Shown here: positions 38,029-44,653 of the stretch, piece by piece
Layout of the letters: each line of letters begins with the position of its first letter
Position numbering within the stretch: the first letter of the stretch is position 1
NCBI GenBank assembly: GCA_001771985.1
Contig: MERG01000361.1
Location: 1-44,653 of the forward strand
DNA from: Betaproteobacteria bacterium RIFCSPLOWO2_12_FULL_62_13
GTDB lineage: Bacteria > Pseudomonadota > Gammaproteobacteria > Burkholderiales > SG8-41
DNA: 44,653 nt
Direction of reading: 5' to 3'
Program-made: the position numbers and the translations under genes
The notes under the pieces: generated by a model
What the model was told of the DNA's origin: nothing
What the model saw: only the letters and a program-made list of their open reading frames with translations
The model's database searches: none

Positions 38029-38937
38029 ATGGCTGGCCAGCGGCCTGAGCCGAGCTTCTTCGACCTCGGCATGAACGCCAAGTGGGACCAGGATCGGTTC
38101 TCGCCCGAGGAGAAAGCCGCCTTCGAGGTTTGGTACAACCAATTCCACGGGACCGGCGACCTGAAGCTTGTCCCGTTCGTTCCCTTCCTCATGGAGCACC
38201 TCCCCAGGCAGTTCAAGGATTACCGACGGTGGTTCACGTTCATCGAGGAGTCACGGGATGGGGTTGCCCTGCCGTTCGGCGTGTCGGTGCTGCTCTTCCT
38301 CCACCTCTATGCGGTGATCGCGAACGAGAGGGGCATCCTCTACGAGATCCTCGCCGCTCGCCGCCTGGGGATGTCAAAGGCCGTGGTCATGGACACATTT
38401 GCCTACGCGTTTCTCAGCGGAGGGCCGGCCAGCATCAACGCCGTCGCCACCCTCAGCGACGAGTACCTTAGGTCGTGGCCGGACGACGCCCCGTCTACGT
38501 ACGAGTGGCCGGCGGACTGGGTGCCAAACCCCGCCGCTTTCCGCTCAGGCATGGACCTCTCGACAACCGAGTTGAGTGCCGCCGACGTCGCCGCGATCAA
38601 GGCCTGGCAGACGGCGGCGCACGGCGCGCCTCCGCGACACGTCGATCTCTGGGCGAAGCTGCATCCAGCCGCGTACAAGGCGCAGCGGATTCGCTACGAG
38701 CGCGCGCTCGGAAGCGCTTTGCCGGCCCAACTCGCGCCGCTCTACACGCTCAACGTTGCGACGGTTCGCTTGCAGCGCGACCTGATGAGAAGCTCGGTCC
38801 TTCACGCGATGCAGCTCGGAGTGAAGCGACACCAAGTGGTCCAAACGCTCTACTGGGCCTTCTTCTACGGGGGCGATTTGGTAATGGAGGCAGCCGGCGA
38901 CGCGGTGGGCGATCTGCTCGAAGCTTGGCCGAGCTGA
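38029..38937 (+). CDS. Hypothetical protein, possibly a tandem AhpD/carboxymuconolactone-decarboxylase-like helical fold (no CxxC)
   Basis: 302 aa. GAGGAGAAG RBS, 56 nt after the Bug gene. Two internally similar helical halves (..ERGILYEILAARRLGMSKAVVMDTFAYAF.. and ..RDLMRSSVLHAMQLGVKRHQVVQTLYWAF..). The fold assignment rests on pattern resemblance only. Confidence 0.5.
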   Translation: MAGQRPEPSFFDLGMNAKWDQDRFSPEEKAAFEVWYNQFHGTGDLKLVPFVPFLMEHLPRQFKDYRRWFTFIEESRDGVALPFGVSVLLFLHLYAVIANERGILYEILAARRLGMSKAVVMDTFAYAFLSGGPASINAVATLSDEYLRSWPDDAPSTYEWPADWVPNPAAFRSGMDLSTTELSAADVAAIKAWQTAAHGAPPRHVDLWAKLHPAAYKAQRIRYERALGSALPAQLAPLYTLNVATVRLQRDLMRSSVLHAMQLGVKRHQVVQTLYWAFFYGGDLVMEAAGDAVGDLLEAWPS

Positions 38938-39073
38938 CTCGGCGGGCCGGTCTACGAGCACCACGTTCGCTACATCGGCGGGTACTCGGACCGAGCACGC
39001 GGCGCACAACATCTTTGTCGATTTCCACGCCGGGAATCAAACTCGACTGAGCCGGTTGATGAATGGCGGCGCT

Positions 39074-40534
39074 TTACCTCACGCTATCCGATTGCCGCTT
39101 ATCGAGCAGCCGTTTCACCTTTGAGACCTGCGACACGCCGGTGTATTGATCGAGGTCGCCGCGTTGAACCGGCTTGACCGCGAGCTTCACTGCAAGCGCC
39201 TCATGCAGGCGGCGCTCGAGATCCTTTTGAAAAACGCCCGGATCGACGGAACATCCGGCCACCTCCACCATCACGGTCATTTCATCGTGGCCGGCTTCGC
39301 CGGAACGTTCGACAATGCAGAAATACTCGCCCGTGGATCGAGCGTCCTCCGCGATCAGCGCCCCTATGGCTTCCGGGAAGACGTTCACGCCGCGCAACTT
39401 CACCATGTTGTCGCTGCGGCCGAATATTCTCTCGAGGCGAGCGAGGGTGCTGCCGCACTCGCAGGCGCCAGGCATGATCGCGGAGACGTCGTTAATGTTG
39501 TAACGCACGAGCGGCGCGCTGTACTTGTAAAGAGACGTGACGCAGATATTGCCTTTTTCGCCTTGTGGCATCGGTTTCCCCGTTTCCGGATCCAGGATTT
39601 CCACGATGAAGGCGTCTTCCTGGACGTGCATTCCGTTCCGGTAAGCGCAGTCGGCCGCGATCATTCCCGATTCGTGCGCTCCGTAAAAGTCGTGGCACGG
39701 AGCACCCCACAGCTCTTCTATCGCACCGCGGTCCTCCATGCCAAGGTTGGAGTCGAGCGACCGGATACCGAGGCTGCGCGGGTCGATCTTGAGCTCGTCG
39801 CGCGCCACGATCGCCATGTGGCGCAGATAAGCAGGAAATCCGACGATGACGTTGACGCCCCAGGCGCGCGCGATCTCGATCTGCCTGCGCGTCGGAGTGA
39901 CGTTTCCGCTGCCGGTCATGACCGGAACCGCGCCGGTGTATTTCCAGAGCGCCTCGCGCACGTGAAAACCGCCGTTGGCCAATCCCAGCGACCGGGTCAC
40001 CTGAACGAGGTCGCCGGGACGAACGCCGTGCATCGTCAGGCGGCGCGCCCCGAGAATGGCCATGACTTCCCGGTCCTGCGGGGCGTAGAGCATTGGGCGC
40101 GGCAGGCCTGTCGTGCCTCCGCTCGTCTGTATGACGAGAGGGATGCGCCGCCCGTCTGCCGGCGAAACGCCCATGAAATCGCCGAACGGCGGGCTGCGCG
40201 CGATGCTGTCGCGGATATCGAGCACGGTGTAAGGCGGAATCTTGGTCAGATCGCCGATGCCCCGGATGTCCCCGGGCTCGAGGCCGGCCGCGCGCCAGCG
40301 GCGCTGGTAGAAGGGAACCTCCCACGCCCGGGCAATCTGCGACCGGAATCTGTTTTCCTGCAGATTTCGCAACCGCGGGCGCGGCATGCGGTAAACAGTA
40401 TTGAAGAACGCCGGCGGAGGCGGGTACTCCCCCATAAGCTTCTGGAAGTCCAGCGACTGCCAGTAATACGGCGGCCTCTCCCTGCTCATTCTCGCGATTT
40501 CTGCAGCAGCGGCCATGCGGCTTCTCGAGTTCAA
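39074..40534 (-). CDS. Phenylacetate-CoA ligase (PaaK)/coenzyme F390 synthetase-like adenylate-forming enzyme
   Basis: IQTSGGTTGLPRPM (P-loop-like AMP motif), YGAHESG and RSDNMVKLRGVNVFP are characteristic of the PaaK family. TTG 40534 overlaps the SDR stop; ATG 40516 is an alternative. Confidence 0.8.
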   Translation of the reverse strand: MNSRSRMAAAAEIARMSRERPPYYWQSLDFQKLMGEYPPPPAFFNTVYRMPRPRLRNLQENRFRSQIARAWEVPFYQRRWRAAGLEPGDIRGIGDLTKIPPYTVLDIRDSIARSPPFGDFMGVSPADGRRIPLVIQTSGGTTGLPRPMLYAPQDREVMAILGARRLTMHGVRPGDLVQVTRSLGLANGGFHVREALWKYTGAVPVMTGSGNVTPTRRQIEIARAWGVNVIVGFPAYLRHMAIVARDELKIDPRSLGIRSLDSNLGMEDRGAIEELWGAPCHDFYGAHESGMIAADCAYRNGMHVQEDAFIVEILDPETGKPMPQGEKGNICVTSLYKYSAPLVRYNINDVSAIMPGACECGSTLARLERIFGRSDNMVKLRGVNVFPEAIGALIAEDARSTGEYFCIVERSGEAGHDEMTVMVEVAGCSVDPGVFQKDLERRLHEALAVKLAVKPVQRGDLDQYTGVSQVSKVKRLLDKRQSDSVR

Positions 40535-41322
40535 TACACGCTCCGCAATAATCCACCATCAACCTGGATCGCGGCGCCGGTGATGAAGGATCCCCGCACG
40601 GACACCAGCAGCGCCACCAATCCCGCCACGTCTTCCGGCTTCCCAAGCCGCCGCAGCGGAACCTCATGCAGCAGCTCCTGCATCATCTTGTCAGCGTCCT
40701 CACCCTGCTGTTCCGCGCGTTTTCGCGTCACCAGTGCCAGCCGCCCGGTATCGATGCGCCCGGGGCATATCGTGTTGACCGTAATTCCGAAAGGGCCCAG
40801 CTCCAACGACAGTGTCTTTGCGTAACCCAGCACACCCGCCCAGGTCGCAACCGACAGACCCAGTCCCGCCAGCGGTTGCCGTGCCGACACCGCAGCGATG
40901 TTGATGATGCTCCCGCCGCCCGCAGCTTTCATGTGGGGCACGGTCTGCCGGACCATGCGGATGACGCTGTAGAGATTCTGTTCTACCGCTTTCTGCCAGG
41001 CGACATCGTCGAATTCTTCGATCGCGCCGAGCGGCGGCGCGCCGTCGTTGTTCACCAGGACATCTATGCGGCCAAAGACTTTGACCGTGTTTTCCACCAC
41101 CCGGACACAATCCTCGGCGCGCCTTACATCCGCTGCGACGGCGAGCACGCGCGAGCCTGTTTCCGCGCGGACCACTTCGGCGGCTGCGTTGAGCGGCGCC
41201 TCGCGCCGTGCTGTCATGACGATCCTCGCGCCTTCTTCGGCCAGTGTGCGGGCGACCGCGCAGCCTATTCCCTGGCTCGCGCCGTTCACGATTGCGACCT
41301 TATCAAGCAAATGCAGGTCCAC
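40531..41322 (-). CDS. Short-chain dehydrogenase/reductase (SDR)
   Basis: VAIVNGASQGIG cofactor motif, NNDG, and a C-terminal ITGAAIQVDGG. GTG start with AGGAGA RBS. Confidence 0.88.
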   Translation of the reverse strand: MDLHLLDKVAIVNGASQGIGCAVARTLAEEGARIVMTARREAPLNAAAEVVRAETGSRVLAVAADVRRAEDCVRVVENTVKVFGRIDVLVNNDGAPPLGAIEEFDDVAWQKAVEQNLYSVIRMVRQTVPHMKAAGGGSIINIAAVSARQPLAGLGLSVATWAGVLGYAKTLSLELGPFGITVNTICPGRIDTGRLALVTRKRAEQQGEDADKMMQELLHEVPLRRLGKPEDVAGLVALLVSVRGSFITGAAIQVDGGLLRSVY

Positions 41323-41390
41323 GCTGTCTCCTGGCGGCCTGTCGGACCCCGGATCAAGTCCGGGGCAAGCTTAACAACCTGAACAGGCCG

Positions 41391-42269
41391 CTAAAATTTG
41401 ATGCTCGCGAAGAACGCCTCGGCGTTCTTGTAGAAAACTTTCTCAAGTATCTCCTGACTGTAGTCTTCGGCGTCCCAATCCGCAAAGAGCCGCTCGTACG
41501 TGAAAAGCGGGTAATCGGCGCCGAACATCACCCGGTCTTTCAGGCGGCGGGAAATCTCTTTCTTGAGACTCTCGGTGTAGAACCTGGGCGACCATCCATG
41601 AAGCTCGTACCACACGTTGGGTTTGTGCAGCAGCACGGCGATCATTTCATCCTGCCAGGGCCACGCCGGCCTCCCGGCGATGATCTTGAGATCGGGATAC
41701 CTGGCGGCGACATCGTCGACATGCCGTGGATGGCAATGGTCCAGCCGCACGCCGCTGCCACCGGGGAGGCCGGCGCCCGTACCGGTAAATCCGACCAAGA
41801 TGAGTGCCGGAATTCCCGCCTCTTGGCAAAATCCGTAGAACGGATCGAACGCGGGATCGCTCGCGGGAACGCCAACCGAGCCGCCGGAGACTATGAATCC
41901 GATGAAACCCGAGTTCGCGGCGAGACACCGTTCCACCTCGGCAACCCCGGCGCTTCCGCTCCTGGGATCGATGTTCATCCAGTTGCCGAAGATCACGTCC
42001 CGGTATTTTCTCTGGGTTTCCAGCGCATAGTCATGAAACTCCCTCACCTTCTCGATGCGAAGGGACTTGGTGAACCCGAGATCGAGTATCGTCTTCGCGC
42101 GATGCTTCCGGAAGTACTCCGCCATTTCCTGCTCGGTGACGTAGCTCGCGGCGGATTTCCAGACTTGCGGTTGTTGCGCCTTCTCGGCGTCCGTGCGCAG
42201 ACGGTAACCCTTTTCTGTTCCCCAGTGCGAATGCAGGTCGAAGACCCGCATCTTGGTCCAGTCGATCAT
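41391..42269 (-). CDS. Amidohydrolase_2 family protein
   Basis: VFDLHSHWG, HCHPRHVDDVAARYPDLKIIAGRPAWPW and MFGADYP follow the PF04909-like pattern. Confidence 0.75.
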   Translation of the reverse strand: MIDWTKMRVFDLHSHWGTEKGYRLRTDAEKAQQPQVWKSAASYVTEQEMAEYFRKHRAKTILDLGFTKSLRIEKVREFHDYALETQRKYRDVIFGNWMNIDPRSGSAGVAEVERCLAANSGFIGFIVSGGSVGVPASDPAFDPFYGFCQEAGIPALILVGFTGTGAGLPGGSGVRLDHCHPRHVDDVAARYPDLKIIAGRPAWPWQDEMIAVLLHKPNVWYELHGWSPRFYTESLKKEISRRLKDRVMFGADYPLFTYERLFADWDAEDYSQEILEKVFYKNAEAFFASIKF

Positions 42270-42397
42270 GTCGGAGAGCTTTCCAAGGATAACGGCCTAA
42301 TGCAAAACCGGCGTCAGGGAATTGCAGGAGAAAATGATATTATATATTTACCTCAGTTTTCTTCACGTCCGACCGGTTACCAGGGAGAAAATTCACG

Positions 42398-43390
42398 ATG
42401 AACACGGTACACGCCGCCGCAGCGGCGCTCTTCTTGATGTTTTCTGGTGCGGCGGGCCATGCGCTCGGCCAAAGCCCCGCCGGCAAGAGTGCGGCTTATC
42501 CGAACAAGCCGCTTCGTTTCGTCGTCGGCTATCCGGCAGGCGGCGCCACCGACATCATCGCCCGTCTTGTCGCGCAGAAACTTACCGGGAGCCTCGGCCA
42601 GCAGGTGCTGGTCGACAATCGGCCCGGCGCGGGTGGCATTATCGGGTCGGACATCGTCGCCAAGGCCACGCCTGACGGCTATACCATTGTTCTTGTTACC
42701 ACCTCGCATGGCGTGAACCCGAGTTTGTACCGCAGGCTGCCGTACGATACGGCAAAGGATTTTGCGCCGATTACTCAGGTCGCTTCGCTGCAATTGGTGC
42801 TGGTGGTGAATCCGTCGCTGCCTGTGCGATCCGTGAAGGAGCTGATCGCTCTGGCGAAAGCGAAGCCCGGCCAGCTCAACTACGGATCTTCCGGCAGCGG
42901 CCAGTCGCTGCACCTTGCGGCAGAGCTTTTCAAGACGTTGGCCGGGGTTGACATCGTGCATGTTCCGTACAAAGGCGCTGCTCCCGCGCGAACCGACTTG
43001 CTCGCCGGGCAGGTGCAGATGATGTTCGAGTCGATGATCGGTGTTTTGCCCGTCGTCAAAAGCGGAAGATTGAGGGCACTCGCGGTGAGCGGCGCGCGGC
43101 GCTCTCCTGCAACGCCTGATATACCCACGATGGCGGAAGCCGGCGTTCCGGGCTACGAGGCGAGCGGATGGGTTGGGATATTGGCGCCAGCCGGGACACC
43201 CAAGGCCATCGTCACCCGGCTTAACCGCGAAGTCGTGAACGTCCTGAACAGGGCGGATGTTAGAGAGCTTTTTGCGAATCGTGGCGCAGAACCGGTCGGC
43301 AGCACACCCGAGCAATTCGGCGACTTCACCAAAGCGCAATTTGCGAAATGGGCCAAGGTCGTCAAGGCCTCCGGCGCTCGCATCGACTGA
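42398..43390 (+). CDS. Bug/TctC-family substrate-binding protein
   Basis: Signal peptide, YPNKPLRFVVGYPAGGATDIIAR...PDGYTIVL...VHVPYKGAAPA. Confidence 0.9.
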   Translation: MNTVHAAAAALFLMFSGAAGHALGQSPAGKSAAYPNKPLRFVVGYPAGGATDIIARLVAQKLTGSLGQQVLVDNRPGAGGIIGSDIVAKATPDGYTIVLVTTSHGVNPSLYRRLPYDTAKDFAPITQVASLQLVLVVNPSLPVRSVKELIALAKAKPGQLNYGSSGSGQSLHLAAELFKTLAGVDIVHVPYKGAAPARTDLLAGQVQMMFESMIGVLPVVKSGRLRALAVSGARRSPATPDIPTMAEAGVPGYEASGWVGILAPAGTPKAIVTRLNREVVNVLNRADVRELFANRGAEPVGSTPEQFGDFTKAQFAKWAKVVKASGARID

Positions 43391-43394
43391 TGTA

Positions 43395-43964
43395 GATTCT
43401 CAAGTGGGGTGAGTACCCGGCGTGAACTGGTCGGGGTCGACGTCGCGCCGGCATGAAGCGCAACTTCCAGCTCGCCGGTTTCTCCATGCGCAAGGACGCG
43501 TCGCGTCTCGGGATCGGTCACGCGGATCCGCGCGTCCGGCGAGATCGGAAAGCCGCCCGCCTCAAGGCAGCGGTCCGGCGACAGATCTGGTGAAGAACTT
43601 CAGTAAAGCCGATTCCGCGGAAGGACGGCCAGAAAATAAGCGCCTTGGCCTCTGCACGCCCCAGGGTGTCGGAGAGCTCGGAACTGCGGAAACGCGTATT
43701 TACCGCGAGCACGATCGCGCCAAGCTGCGCGCACGCGAACAACGAGACGACCCACAGCGGAATATTTGGCAGCCAAATCGCGACGCGATCTCCCCGGCCG
43801 ATCCCCAGTTCGCTCAACGCCTGCGCCATAGATCGGCTCAGTCGCAGAAGCTCGGAGAAGCTGAACCGGCCTTGGCTGGAAATGAGGGCCGTATGATGAG
43901 GTTGGTGGCCGGCAGCAGCTTCAAGCAGGCGCGTCAAGGTCGCGCTATTTGTCGCGTTACTCAT
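43395..43964 (-). pseudogene. AMP-dependent synthetase/ligase with a large internal deletion and frameshift
   Basis: The N-terminal ~120 aa look normal (GDRVAIWLPNIPLWVVSLFACAQLGAIVLAVNTRF). The reading then jumps to a late-domain piece in another frame (PISPDARIRVTDPETRRVLAHGETGELEV) and is lost near the Bug stop. Confidence 0.6.
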
Positions 43965-44135
43965 CGTTCGGATTCACCTTGCCGGGGGACAAATTCACGC
44001 CGCGGCATCGCACGCGATTTGGGCATCGGCAATGATCTTCGCTCCATCGTCCCTTTTCCCCGGTGGCTATCTCAAACTCCCCCACCTGTGGCCGGGTCAA
44101 ACTCCTCGGCTACCCACAAATTCTGCGGTACTGCC

Positions 44136-44170
44136 CAAAAACAAAAGCCCCACCCAAATCGGGCGGGGCT
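44136..44170 (-). terminator. rrn operon rho-independent terminator
   Basis: Minus-strand RNA AGCCCCGCCC-gauuu-GGGUGGGGCU followed by UUUUGUUUUU. Confidence 0.85.
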
Positions 44171-44184
44171 TCTGTTTTTATGGG

Positions 44185-44301
44185 TGCCTGACGATGTCCT
44201 ACTTTCGCGCGGGCAATCCGCACTATCATCGGCGCAAAAGCGTTTCACGGTCCTGTTCGGAATGGGAAGGCGTGGTTCCACCTCGCTATGGTCGTCAGAC
44301 A
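44185..44301 (-). rRNA. rrf: 5S ribosomal RNA
   Basis: The reverse complement reads UGUCUGACGACCAUAGCGAGGUGGAACCACGCCUUCCCAUUCCGAACAGGACCGUGAAACGC...GAAAGUAGGACAUCGUCAGGCA. Helix I pairing and the CCGAAC/GUGAAAC loops are conserved. The ends are accurate to within about 2 nt. Confidence 0.93.
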
Positions 44302-44308
44302 TAGCTTG

Positions 44309-44334
44309 AAGTTTTCAGCCAAGGCTGAAAACTT
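44309..44334. repeat. 26-nt near-perfect palindrome AAGTTTTCAGCC-aa-GGCTGAAAACTT in the 23S-5S spacer
   Basis: Read directly. Confidence 0.8.
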
Positions 44335-44387
44335 TATCCGGAAGAAGTAGGGTTTGAATGTATGTAACACGATCGTGACGAGGAGGG

Positions 44388-44422
44388 CTCTTTACCCTTT
44401 ACCCTTCACCGTTCACCCTTCA
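44388..44422. repeat. Five tandem heptamers CTCTTTA CCCTTTA CCCTTCA CCGTTCA CCCTTCA in the 23S-5S spacer, preceded by a purine-rich, weakly complementary stretch (44342-44387)
   Basis: Read directly. Confidence 0.85.
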
Positions 44423-44443
44423 CGGGCGCAGCACACCCGCTCA

Positions 44444-44653
44444 AGGTTATAGGATCAAGCCGCACGGGCAATTAGTACCGGTTAGCTTAAGACATTACTG
44501 CCCTTCCACATCCGGCCTATCAACGTGGTGGTCTTCCACGACCCTTCAGGGGGATCGAGTCCCCGGGAAGTCTCATCTTGAGGCGAGTTTCCCGCTTAGA
44601 TGCTTTCAGCGGTTATCTCTTCCGCACTTAGCTACCCGGCGCTGCCACTGGCG
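44444..44653 (-). rRNA. rrl: 23S ribosomal RNA, 3'-terminal ~210 nt (continues beyond the window)
   Basis: The reverse complement contains GATAACCGCTGAAAGCATCTAAGCGGGAAAC... and ...GCTAACCGGTACTAATTGCCCGTGCGGCTTGATCCTATAACCTT. These match the conserved 23S 3' domain as recalled from E. coli. Confidence 0.9.

Noticed and set aside
39146-42401. 559-aa and 385-aa plus-strand ORFs (39146-40825, 41244-42401)
   Set aside because: They are antisense to the PaaK-like ligase, SDR and amidohydrolase genes, all of which carry family motifs. The plus-strand translations are Arg/His/Asp-rich with no motifs.

Overview
GC-rich proteobacterial chromosome segment, probably betaproteobacterial (inferred from several Bug/TctC-family binding-protein genes and the gene order). 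Conserved core blocks: tadA-guaA-guaB (minus); a DUF4124 gene; rnfH-ratA divergent from smpB; an SPFH/NfeD pair; tRNA-Arg(TCT) and tRNA-His(GTG); dksA; the rimP-nusA-infB-rbfA-truB-rpsO-pnp block (minus); a lexA-imuA-imuB-dnaE2 SOS mutagenesis cassette (plus) with one canonical LexA box; and the 3' end of an rrn operon (5S plus 23S 3' end, minus). There are two accessory blocks. (1) About 7.3-17.8 kb, ending at tRNA-His, is a decaying island. It holds an IS200/IS605-type transposase, an orphan MqsA-like HTH gene, an ExeA/TniB-like fragment, IS3 and rve-type transposase fragments, a serine-recombinase tail and a truncated Bug gene. It also holds an acyl-CoA gene set: ADP-forming CoA ligase alpha and beta genes 4.5 kb apart, a double hot-dog hydratase and a SucCD-like ligase. 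(2) About 34.2-44.1 kb is a catabolic-looking cluster: two amidohydrolase_2 genes, a DapA-like aldolase, two Bug genes, a tandem AhpD/CMD-like unknown, a PaaK-like ligase, an SDR, an IS6 remnant and an AMP-ligase pseudogene. This cluster is bracketed by the intact 5S 3' end plus terminator on one side and a diverged partial copy of the same ~65 nt on the other. The most unusual signal is a set of short-period (mostly 7-nt) tandem-repeat, hairpin-forming modules. Their sequence differs at each locus and they sit almost only in spacers between co-oriented genes (guaB/guaA/tadA, tRNA-tRNA, infB-rbfA, lexA-imuA, imuB-dnaE2, 23S-5S). One such module and one REP-like palindrome cluster lie in frame inside dnaE2. 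I recognised no defence system or CRISPR array. All calls come from reading the ORF translations and the DNA by eye; no database search was possible.
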